This document shows, piece after piece, positions 1 to 7,908 of a DNA stretch of 64,000 bases. How positions within the stretch are numbered: the first letter of the stretch is position 1; each line of letters starts with the position of its first letter. The position numbers and the translations under genes are program-made. This stretch comes from a virus (lineage: Duplodnaviria > Caudoviricetes): the IMG/VR virus record IMGVR_UViG_3300021979_000004, positions 64,001 through 128,000 of that record. One strand, 5' to 3'. A model generated the notes under the pieces. It saw only the letters and a program-made list of their open reading frames with translations. It was not told the origin of the DNA and searched no databases.

Positions 1-317
1 CATTATTTGAGTATAAAGGTGAAAATGGTATTCCAGAATCTGTAGGATTACAACTATCGCTTACTATCGAATTCCAAGATACAAGTGGAGAAGTTGTGTA
101 TAGAGTATTTAACTTAGATGGTAACAGTCCAAGTGTAGATTCATATTTCTATCCGCCTGCTAATGGGGAACCCGTTACAGTAGTATCTGATCCTGTTCCA
201 TCATCAGATATAAAATCGGTGGCGTTATTTAATAACTATGGCGCATCCCAACCCTTTAAAATAATTAATGCCGAACTGGTAAATCCTTTTGGTGAAGGTG
301 CCGAAGGCGGACCATAA
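1..317 (+). CDS. Hypothetical protein, 3' part (5' truncated by window edge), possibly virion-structural
   Basis: The frame of ORF 96..317 stays open back to position 3 (LFEYKGENGIPESVG...); beta-rich composition. Confidence 0.6.
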   Translation, partial: LFEYKGENGIPESVGLQLSLTIEFQDTSGEVVYRVFNLDGNSPSVDSYFYPPANGEPVTVVSDPVPSSDIKSVALFNNYGASQPFKIINAELVNPFGEGAEGGP

Positions 318-332
318 TTAAGGAGATTAAAA

Positions 333-650
333 ATGATTAATAGTTGCCAATTAGAATCTGTCGTAGAACGTTTAAATACTGCGTTTGAAAAAACAGAAAA
401 AGACTACGATAAAATTCTTAAAGATATTAGCTTAAATGAGTCTACGTTAATGAACAAGATTGAATCTGATCTGGATGACCTTTCTAGGAAGTTTGAGGCC
501 GCTAAGAGAGGACTTCAGCTTGTAAACAAGCTTTCCATGGGGATGACAAAACTAAAGCATACACAGCGTGTGATGAGCAATCTAAGCACTCTTAGAAGCA
601 GTATCTTAAACCTAGAGAAGAAGGTAAAAGAAATGCTTTCTAAAGCTTAA
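333..650 (+). CDS. Coiled-coil hypothetical protein
   Basis: AAGGAG RBS upstream; heptad-rich helical sequence. Confidence 0.7.
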   Translation: MINSCQLESVVERLNTAFEKTEKDYDKILKDISLNESTLMNKIESDLDDLSRKFEAAKRGLQLVNKLSMGMTKLKHTQRVMSNLSTLRSSILNLEKKVKEMLSKA

Positions 651-1021
651 ACAATGTGAACAAACTTCTTTAGAAATTGACTTTCATTATCCCTCATGTA
701 TTCATACTTCGAGGGATTTGTTATTTTAATGCGGTTATTATCGTGAACACTTATCAATAGTTTACAACGTATAACAAACTCTTTATAAACTGTGTCGTCG
801 GTAGGAATATAACTGGTAACCGTAGTACTATCTTTACTGCTTTCAAAACAATCAACCTGTACTTTGAAGCCACATGGTATTTGCATTACATCCTTAAAGT
901 ATTCTCGAATGTATTCCTGTATCAAGTGTTTGTAATCAGAAATGTCAGACGAAGCAGATTCATGGATAGAAACAATAACCATACCAAAATTGTAATAGTA
1001 ATGACGAAATTCTTCACTCAC
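647..1021 (-). CDS. KLKxP-motif family hypothetical protein
   Basis: C-terminal HDNNRIKITNPSKY; overlaps neighbours in a tight operon. Confidence 0.75.
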   Translation of the reverse strand: MSEEFRHYYYNFGMVIVSIHESASSDISDYKHLIQEYIREYFKDVMQIPCGFKVQVDCFESSKDSTTVTSYIPTDDTVYKEFVIRCKLLISVHDNNRIKITNPSKYEYMRDNESQFLKKFVHIV

Positions 1022-1347
1022 AAAAAGTCTTCCTTACATACTAATTGAGGGTGTTCTTTTCTCAAGTTTACATAAAGGTTCATATGTTTTAATTTAAAAT
1101 ATTGTAGAGAACGTTTATTTAAAAACTGTACTCTTATAACATATGCATCATAATGTCTACTGTAAAAAACATTCCCATAACTACTTTTAATTGTTGGATA
1201 GGTTATTTTAGTGAAAGCGTACCCGTAAAGTATTTGGTTGATACTTTTCACTTTCTGATTCATGTCATCTTCAGAAACATGATCAGGCTTCTTTATCTTG
1301 TAGTAATACGTCAGTTCTTTCTTCATTACTCGACAAATACCTTCCAA
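1018..1347 (-). CDS. KLKxP-motif family hypothetical protein
   Basis: C-terminal SLQYFKLKHMNLY. Confidence 0.75.
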   Translation of the reverse strand: MEGICRVMKKELTYYYKIKKPDHVSEDDMNQKVKSINQILYGYAFTKITYPTIKSSYGNVFYSRHYDAYVIRVQFLNKRSLQYFKLKHMNLYVNLRKEHPQLVCKEDFL

Positions 1348-1822
1348 GATATTTATCGTTTTGAGTAATGATCATCTTGTTGATTCTATTGGAATTGTCA
1401 AAGTTAAGCTCAAACACAACGTAAGATTCTATGGCTAACAAGGTATACCGTTTATGTTCACTATCTGCAATCACACAGTCTATAGACCTTGAGTTATCCA
1501 TATAATGCTGAACCTTAGAATCTGGGTCTGTTTGGCATCTTCGGAAAGATACAAACCCTTCGAAATCAGACATATCTCTTTTTGAAAAATGCTCCCTAAC
1601 TTCTCTGTAAATTTCTTCAGACACATTTTTACGATTAGAGTTATCCGAGACTTCAGGAATAAGTAAAGTAATCATCATAGAAAATAATACTTCAATTGAC
1701 GTGTCGCCTGTACGTATAAAAGAAACTGGCTTAAACTTTATATACTTGTCATGTATAGACATTTCACTGCATAATCCACCAGACCGGAGCAAACATTTAT
1801 GGTATAAGTTAAAATGTTTCAT
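1283..1822 (-). CDS. KLKxP-motif family hypothetical protein (weak motif)
   Basis: C-terminal RINKMIITQNDKY; start uncertain. Confidence 0.65.
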   Translation of the reverse strand: MKHFNLYHKCLLRSGGLCSEMSIHDKYIKFKPVSFIRTGDTSIEVLFSMMITLLIPEVSDNSNRKNVSEEIYREVREHFSKRDMSDFEGFVSFRRCQTDPDSKVQHYMDNSRSIDCVIADSEHKRYTLLAIESYVVFELNFDNSNRINKMIITQNDKYLGRYLSSNEERTDVLLQDKEA

Positions 1823-1823
1823 A

Positions 1824-2153
1824 TCAGATAACTCCCAAAAATACTATAATGTAGTCCTGCTCACCGTCGTTTTTTATATCACGTTTGTATAGTTCTAACA
1901 ATTCTATCTTGTTGAGAAGCTTAAGCTTATTGAATATTGAAGATTTCTTGTCATTGAATGTTACGGTAGCTTCCATACTACTAAGAATATCTTTTCGATC
2001 AAACATATCAGTCGCGTCTTCGTTTACTTCAACCGTTTCGACTGAAGAATTGCTAGGTAAAAAAGATGTTATCAAGTAATCTTGTATAAATCCTGCGGTA
2101 GGAGGTGCATCACTCCTAGCCACAAAATACATTTTAAACTTAAGCGTATACAC
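1824..2153 (-). CDS. KLKxP-motif family hypothetical protein
   Basis: IFNKLKLLNKIEL near the C-terminus. Confidence 0.7.
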   Translation of the reverse strand: MYTLKFKMYFVARSDAPPTAGFIQDYLITSFLPSNSSVETVEVNEDATDMFDRKDILSSMEATVTFNDKKSSIFNKLKLLNKIELLELYKRDIKNDGEQDYIIVFLGVI

Positions 2154-2545
2154 TAATCGATCACCTTCATTTTTGAAAACATTTGATACTCATCTGGGTT
2201 GGACAATTTAAACTTATTTAACTCTTTCTGTGACTCGAATGCTAACGTGACTACTGCGTCAATCTGCATATAACAGTCAAATGTACTGATGTAGTAATCA
2301 TCAATGTAGTAGTCTTCTATTGACATCATGCGGTATATATCATGTTTAAAATTGTCTGACAAAAATCGATCAATATGACACTCTGCTACTTCGTATATAA
2401 GGTCAACAAAAATTTCTGACCTAGCGAACTCTTCCGTAATAACTTCGTGGAAGGGTTCTGTAGCATCTAACATTATCTTTGCAGAAAGCGTTACCTTTTT
2501 AGATTCGGATGTCATAGCACTTCTTAATCTTATCGGCCAAGTCAT
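2153..2545 (-). CDS. KLKxP-motif family hypothetical protein
   Basis: C-terminal ELNKFKLSNPDEY. Confidence 0.8.
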   Translation of the reverse strand: MTWPIRLRSAMTSESKKVTLSAKIMLDATEPFHEVITEEFARSEIFVDLIYEVAECHIDRFLSDNFKHDIYRMMSIEDYYIDDYYISTFDCYMQIDAVVTLAFESQKELNKFKLSNPDEYQMFSKMKVID

Positions 2546-2876
2546 AGTTAATGAGTTTAATACGATTCAAATCAGATGCGTTGGAAATTTCGAATCCAAT
2601 CTTAACTTCACACTTACTTATAACGTTTCGCAAAACTTGTGGATAGCGACTAATTACAATTTTATCAAACCGCACTTCCTTACGGATATGATTTTCCAAT
2701 AACTCGTAAGCTTCGTCCATACTTTCCGATGACATTAGGTTGACTAACGACTTCAAGAACGTATGATCTGTGATACTGACAGGTAGGATAGGAGCCTTCA
2801 TCACACTAAACTTCATTCGAATAATATCATCTTTTTCAAGCTTCATAACTATTCCTCTTTTACAACATTGTAACAT
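2499..2876 (-). CDS. KLKxP-motif family hypothetical protein
   Basis: C-terminal DLNRIKLINYDLA; probable start MKLEKDD. Confidence 0.75.
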   Translation of the reverse strand: MLQCCKRGIVMKLEKDDIIRMKFSVMKAPILPVSITDHTFLKSLVNLMSSESMDEAYELLENHIRKEVRFDKIVISRYPQVLRNVISKCEVKIGFEISNASDLNRIKLINYDLADKIKKCYDIRI

Positions 2877-2896
2877 ATCGACTTAAGTAATGCACC

Positions 2897-3379
2897 TCAA
2901 TTAGGAAGAACCATATCAATATCTATTGAGTACATAGTGGGTCCAGTTCCTTTTAAAATCTCTTGGTATATTTTTGCGTTTTTTAATTTAGCATAATTAT
3001 GATTAGAAAAGTCAGCGATATTGAATTTCACAGTGCTATATATAATATAATCATCTACCCATTCGTTAGGTCGTACCAGTGTATGTTCCAAAGGCTTACC
3101 TTTAAGACCGTTATCATCGATCCATTTCTGAGACTCTTTAGTAATCTCTTTCATGAAGTTTTTAATAGCAGTATCTTCGTCTACACCTTTCTCGCCTTTG
3201 AGATAATTATGCAATGCAAGACTGATATCAAATAAATCATCCTCACCATTAGAAGGATCAACAGTCTCGTCACCAATGGTGATTTTTTTTATAGAAAAGT
3301 TTAAGGTGATAAGAATACTTTCTTTTTGTTCAACTACATATACAATATTACCATTGTCTAGCTTTACAACTTCAGGCAT
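2897..3379 (-). CDS. KLKxP-motif family hypothetical protein
   Basis: HNYAKLKNAKIY near the C-terminus. Confidence 0.75.
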   Translation of the reverse strand: MPEVVKLDNGNIVYVVEQKESILITLNFSIKKITIGDETVDPSNGEDDLFDISLALHNYLKGEKGVDEDTAIKNFMKEITKESQKWIDDNGLKGKPLEHTLVRPNEWVDDYIIYSTVKFNIADFSNHNYAKLKNAKIYQEILKGTGPTMYSIDIDMVLPN

Positions 3380-3900
3380 TAGTACTTCCCCATTATATAC
3401 CTTATTATGGATTCATTAGATAAGTCTTCTGATAAAACAGTATGAAGTGTTTTATCTTTTATCTTCATTAGATGTGCTTGCTTTTTAGGAATTTTAATAC
3501 AAATACGGTCGTATATTAGAAAACCAACTTCGTAAGCAAATGTCTGATGTATCTTTACTACACCTTGTCTGACAACATTTGAAAATGACGCAGAATGTTT
3601 CTGTCTGAATACATATGGTGATAGAAAGTCAGACATAGCAGAATACTCTTCATCCATACCCGAAACGACTTTTCTCTTTACTGTCATTTTGTAATCGTAT
3701 CCTTTTAGGAAATCCCTGATCATATTGTTTATCTTTCTATCTCGGTCTAGGTCTTTTACGAAGCTTTCTTTTAAGGTATTAACATATTTTTCAACTTTTT
3801 CTTCATTTTCAAAGTTATGATAATCGACATTTATCATTTCGTGGTCTACCATTTTTAGTAGATACATATAGTAATCTTCATTTTTCGATTTTATAGACAT
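3379..3900 (-). CDS. KLKxP-motif family hypothetical protein
   Basis: QAHLMKIKDKTLH near the C-terminus; TAATG coupling. Confidence 0.75.
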   Translation of the reverse strand: MSIKSKNEDYYMYLLKMVDHEMINVDYHNFENEEKVEKYVNTLKESFVKDLDRDRKINNMIRDFLKGYDYKMTVKRKVVSGMDEEYSAMSDFLSPYVFRQKHSASFSNVVRQGVVKIHQTFAYEVGFLIYDRICIKIPKKQAHLMKIKDKTLHTVLSEDLSNESIIRYIMGKY

Positions 3901-4190
3901 TATGATTTTATTTCCACTATGTTATCTAATTGTGACATGAACTTGATTTTAAACTTATTAACATTATAAGTATCAGGGAATTGTAAAATTACCGTGCATG
4001 ATATTCGATAATCATGGCATTCAGTTGCTGTTTTATCAAAAAGCATTGGGTGGACTGTACACAATCCATCAAATTCATCCCCAACCCTATCTGAAATCAT
4101 TTGACGAATTTTAAAATCACTAAGGTCGTCTGGGTCGGGGATATGGTAAGTTCCTTTATGTTCCATAAGGAACAATCGTTCATCACTCAA
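3900..4190 (-). CDS. KLKxP-motif family hypothetical protein
   Basis: NVNKFKIKFMSQL near the C-terminus. Confidence 0.75.
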   Translation of the reverse strand: MSDERLFLMEHKGTYHIPDPDDLSDFKIRQMISDRVGDEFDGLCTVHPMLFDKTATECHDYRISCTVILQFPDTYNVNKFKIKFMSQLDNIVEIKS

Positions 4191-4482
4191 CTTCTCTCTC
4201 CCTTATTTCATCTTCAAGTAAATTATATAAGTCAGGCTCTTTCATTTTAAGTAAGTTGAGCTTATTCTTTTCGAAATACAAGGTGAACCAAATATCAAAA
4301 ATAGATTGCTTTCTATCTCTCATATCCATATACATTTTCTTTTCTATAATGCAGTATTTTGAGAACTGTTCATTGATGGTATCAGAAGCATTACTCATTT
4401 CTGTACCTAAATCTACCTGCTTTATTTTTGCAATGCGATAATAGTTTATCACTGTTACGCATGTATATTTTGTAATAGTCAT
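4183..4482 (-). CDS. KLKxP-motif family hypothetical protein
   Basis: KLNLLKMKEPDLY. Confidence 0.8.
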   Translation of the reverse strand: MTITKYTCVTVINYYRIAKIKQVDLGTEMSNASDTINEQFSKYCIIEKKMYMDMRDRKQSIFDIWFTLYFEKNKLNLLKMKEPDLYNLLEDEIREREVE

Positions 4483-4895
4483 AACTTTAACTTGTTTAAT
4501 AAATGTAACCTTTCGGAAAATAATTCATTATATGTTTTGGGGTTTTTCAACTTATATAAGTTCATTTCACGGTCAGATTCAAACGTAAAACGAAACTCTA
4601 TATACATTGCTTTATTAGGGAAAGAATACGCGCTGGTTAATGATTCAAGATATTCACTATTATATCCCATAGAAACAACTTCAAAGCTATCTGTGTCAGT
4701 CAATGACTTAATTAATGACTGACACACCCAATCCATACCTATATCTTCAGGTTTCATATCGTGCACATCGACACCATATAATTCCATGATACGGGCAGCA
4801 ATTACTTTTTCAGGAACTAGTGTGCCAAGTATTTTCGAGTTTATGTTCTCAAACATTTCACTTTCATTCAAGACCGGCTTTTTTACGCAACGCAT
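4479..4895 (-). CDS. KLKxP-motif family hypothetical protein
   Basis: EMNLYKLKNPKTY. Confidence 0.8.
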   Translation of the reverse strand: MRCVKKPVLNESEMFENINSKILGTLVPEKVIAARIMELYGVDVHDMKPEDIGMDWVCQSLIKSLTDTDSFEVVSMGYNSEYLESLTSAYSFPNKAMYIEFRFTFESDREMNLYKLKNPKTYNELFSERLHLLNKLKL

Positions 4896-5460
4896 TTACT
4901 GTTCCTCTGTCGTCAATACTATCTTTTGATTCTTGTATTATAACTTTATTAAACCATTCTTTGATTTTTTCTTCATTCTCATTATATTCGCCATTGAACA
5001 AACCGATATTTGTTAGTTCTGGATGCTTGAGCTTAAATTGGTTTTTATGTTTTCCTTCCTTGAGTCTTAGCTTATACGTATGTACTACCATCACATAGAC
5101 TGTGGTGGACTCTGCATAAAACTCATCGTCGTCATCGTCATCCCACGAATGAGATTCGACTTCACTGTGAACCGCTATGTTACGATCAACATCAATGTAT
5201 GATCCATATCTTTCTTCAATGATATCTGCAACTTTTTTTGAATAGTGGTTTACAAAACCACCATAAGCTTTTTCACAACGTTCACAAAAATCATCAATAA
5301 AGAATGCACGACATTCCTTTGTTCCATAGTGTATACGAAATCGCCTAAAACGCTTCAGTATCAGTTGTTCATTTTCATCATAACCACTTTCTTCGTCACG
5401 TTGATTAAGATACTCTATATACGGCGTTGGAGTTAACAACTCTACATTGATTGAATCCAC
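4864..5460 (-). CDS. KLKxP-motif family hypothetical protein
   Basis: HKNQFKLKHPEL; acidic poly-Asp tract. Confidence 0.8.
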   Translation of the reverse strand: MDSINVELLTPTPYIEYLNQRDEESGYDENEQLILKRFRRFRIHYGTKECRAFFIDDFCERCEKAYGGFVNHYSKKVADIIEERYGSYIDVDRNIAVHSEVESHSWDDDDDDEFYAESTTVYVMVVHTYKLRLKEGKHKNQFKLKHPELTNIGLFNGEYNENEEKIKEWFNKVIIQESKDSIDDRGTVNALRKKAGLE

Positions 5461-5930
5461 TCTTTATACTCCCAATAAGCCATTCTTTTATCAATACATT
5501 CTTGGTGAACAAACGCAGTAACAACTTCGAATGATTCGTCATACAAGTCATCACGGTAATGTTTTCCGTGTTTCAATTTTATACGATTGAGGGATTCCTT
5601 GTCAACGGTATTGGCCGTTATGATAGTGTTATAAACATAGGAATCATATATTCTTGTGGCAATCATATGCTCATCACCGTCGTCATCAACCTCTTGTTTT
5701 TTATCAAAATACTCTAAGAAGTCAGGATCATTAAAGAAAAGCTTAGACATAGCATGATTATTAGCTTTCATATAATCAGCAAACTGTCCATAACTAAGAT
5801 TTACCGACGACTTATAATCATCGACGTAATCTATATCAATACGTTTCAATGTGGTTTCAGTATTATCCTCATTAACTTCTTCAATGTAGTAGAGAAAGCA
5901 CATGTAATGCTCGTCGTCTACTTTAATCAT
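5442..5930 (-). CDS. KLKxP-motif family hypothetical protein
   Basis: SLNRIKLKHGKHY. Confidence 0.8.
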   Translation of the reverse strand: MIKVDDEHYMCFLYYIEEVNEDNTETTLKRIDIDYVDDYKSSVNLSYGQFADYMKANNHAMSKLFFNDPDFLEYFDKKQEVDDDGDEHMIATRIYDSYVYNTIITANTVDKESLNRIKLKHGKHYRDDLYDESFEVVTAFVHQECIDKRMAYWEYKEWIQSM

Positions 5931-6268
5931 AAGTATTCTCCTACTAAATCGTGAACCCCGTATCTTTCACTGTTGTACGGAATTTCATATGGTTTTTCAT
6001 TAGGCGCTGATCTAAACTTTTGATATAGGTCAGGATATTTTAATTTGATTTTTCTAAACAATACTTCATTAAAAATTTCAACATCCATACTAACGTAACA
6101 TAGAGGATACGCTTTTGTTCCTCGAACTTCAATATCTGTAATTAAAATAAAAGAACAGTTTAATAGTTCTTCTAAAAACCCATGGTACTCAATCAATAGT
6201 TGTGACTTAAGCCACTCTGGGTTTTTGTAACCCAACAATATAATTCTATGCTTTGTTTCAAATATCAT
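5927..6268 (-). CDS. KLKxP-motif family hypothetical protein
   Basis: LFRKIKLKYPDLY. Confidence 0.8.
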   Translation of the reverse strand: MIFETKHRIILLGYKNPEWLKSQLLIEYHGFLEELLNCSFILITDIEVRGTKAYPLCYVSMDVEIFNEVLFRKIKLKYPDLYQKFRSAPNEKPYEIPYNSERYGVHDLVGEYL

Positions 6269-6677
6269 CAGTATCTTCGACTCTATAATCCTTGTAATAA
6301 TTTGGGTCTTTCAGTTTTATCAAGTTAATATTTTTACTACCCTTTGCTACAACCGCTTTTATAAAATATGTTACTGTGATGGTGTTGGGAGAGTCAAGCC
6401 TTCTCATGCCAGTATGACCCCAATTAGCTTCTACGTTTATAAAATCCATTTGTGATTCTCTAGAATACGAAACCGGATCGCAAATAATTTCTATTGGTTT
6501 TAGTTCATATCTAGCCCACAATTCTATAGCAGCTTGCTTTTTAACTTTTTTAATAATAGACTCTGCCATTAGGCATTCTTTTTCACTACTATTAAGCAAC
6601 AGTTCTACATCACTACCAGTGAACATGTCAGGAGTAATGCAAAAAACTATTGTATGTGGTCTGTATAATATTTTCAT
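6258..6677 (-). CDS. KLKxP-motif family hypothetical protein
   Basis: NINLIKLKDPNYY. Confidence 0.8.
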   Translation of the reverse strand: MKILYRPHTIVFCITPDMFTGSDVELLLNSSEKECLMAESIIKKVKKQAAIELWARYELKPIEIICDPVSYSRESQMDFINVEANWGHTGMRRLDSPNTITVTYFIKAVVAKGSKNINLIKLKDPNYYKDYRVEDTDDI

Positions 6678-7108
6678 GTTTTATGTGAGCAATCTATCCC
6701 ATAGAAATACGAACCGTCACTGGTTGAAAAGTTTGCATATTTATGATTAATTAGCTTAGTCATAAAGTTATTTTGAATCTTTAATCTGTTAAAAGATTTG
6801 TTAGAAATCCACACTTTATAACACAACGTAAATGTACAGCATATCCCATCTGCTATAAAAAAGTATTCTGATCTAAAGTTTTCGGATAATTCAAAATCAT
6901 CGAAATCATCTACGAGCCAATCAGGTAAGCCACTATTATCAAAAACATAATTACGATTTTTGAATTCCCATTCTCTAATTATCTGGCTCATGTTTTTTAT
7001 AATTGAAACTTTCTTGAATTCCATAGGTATGAGAACATTCATTACTCGGAATTTTAGATACAAAAAGTTTTCATTGCTTGAAACTAAAGAAGGTTTGGTA
7101 GTAGTCAT
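6674..7108 (-). CDS. KLKxP-motif family hypothetical protein
   Basis: SFNRLKIQNNFM. Confidence 0.7.
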   Translation of the reverse strand: MTTTKPSLVSSNENFLYLKFRVMNVLIPMEFKKVSIIKNMSQIIREWEFKNRNYVFDNSGLPDWLVDDFDDFELSENFRSEYFFIADGICCTFTLCYKVWISNKSFNRLKIQNNFMTKLINHKYANFSTSDGSYFYGIDCSHKT

Positions 7109-7475
7109 AATCCTTGATCTTTAACAAACGTAATTCGTTTTCACTTAGAGAAAGCTTGATTATTCCAGTTACATTAAAGTATAGCATAGCCCTTTGATTC
7201 TGTCCGGTGTTTACTTCACTTGACGCTATACTAAAGCTATTTGTCGTCAACGGGCTTACACATTCTAGAATTGCGCCATACTCTATATCATTCTGATATG
7301 CATGACCGTGTTCAATTAAAAACTTTAAATCAACACGATGTTTATATGCTTCCTCATAGTAATGGTTTGGATCGCCACACTTAGCTTTGTAATGTTGTTC
7401 TTGTATCTCATTACGTATAAAATTCGTGCTAGCTTTATACATAAATGTTCGATAAAGATTTATTGTTTTATCCAT
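7071..7475 (-). CDS. KLKxP-motif family hypothetical protein (first gene of the array)
   Basis: ELRLLKIKDYDYY; the track start at 7541 overlaps the promoter, so MDKTINL (about 7475) is the more likely start. Confidence 0.7.
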   Translation of the reverse strand: MDKTINLYRTFMYKASTNFIRNEIQEQHYKAKCGDPNHYYEEAYKHRVDLKFLIEHGHAYQNDIEYGAILECVSPLTTNSFSIASSEVNTGQNQRAMLYFNVTGIIKLSLSENELRLLKIKDYDYYQTFFSFKQ

Positions 7476-7512
7476 ATTTTTATAATGTGAGTAATGGAAT
7501 TCCCAACCTAAG

Positions 7513-7541
7513 AATATACTCCTAGAGCCTTGTACTGTCAA
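7513..7541 (-). promoter_or_regulatory. sigma70-type early promoter for the 17-gene array
   Basis: Minus strand TTGACA-17 nt-TATATT. Confidence 0.75.
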
Positions 7542-7545
7542 GGTC

Positions 7546-7553
7546 TATAAATA
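7546..7553 (+). promoter_or_regulatory. T4-like late promoter
   Basis: TATAAATA 25 nt upstream of the AGGAG-ATG start of the terminase fragment. Confidence 0.75.
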
Positions 7554-7578
7554 ATGTTATAGATTTATAGGAGTGATC

Positions 7579-7908
7579 ATGAAATCTAATGAGAAGTATG
7601 AAATCTTAACGCCCACAGGATGGAAAGATTTTACAGGCGTTGAATATACTGGAATGAAACAAACATTGAAGATTACCTTAGATTCGGGTAAAGATATTGT
7701 ATGCACCCCAGAGCATAAACTGAAAGTTAATGACAAATATCTTACCGCAGAAAAGATTAAAGTTGGAGACACGATATCATCTGTGTCTTCGGATGTCCAT
7801 AAAGTAACTTCAATAACTGAACATGGAACATCTGCCTGCTATGATTTGGTAAATGTAGAAAATGATGATCACTCTTTTGTAATTCAAAATGATTTAATAT
7901 CTAGTAAC
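7579..7908 (+). mobile_element. Atypical split intein, C-fragment (IntC, 110 aa)
   Basis: Has block B CTPEH, block F CYDLVNV and block G ISSN/C but no block A; start EILTPTGWKDFTG resembles AceL-TerL IntC as I recall it. Confidence 0.8.

Noticed and set aside
96-650. Missing terminase N-half/IntN
   Set aside because: Neither plus-strand ORF has a Walker A motif or ends in an intein block A.
647-7541. Integron-like or recombination-driven cassette array
   Set aside because: Genes overlap or abut (ATGA/TAATG), with no intergenic repeats or attC-like palindromes; the similarity is at protein-motif level only.
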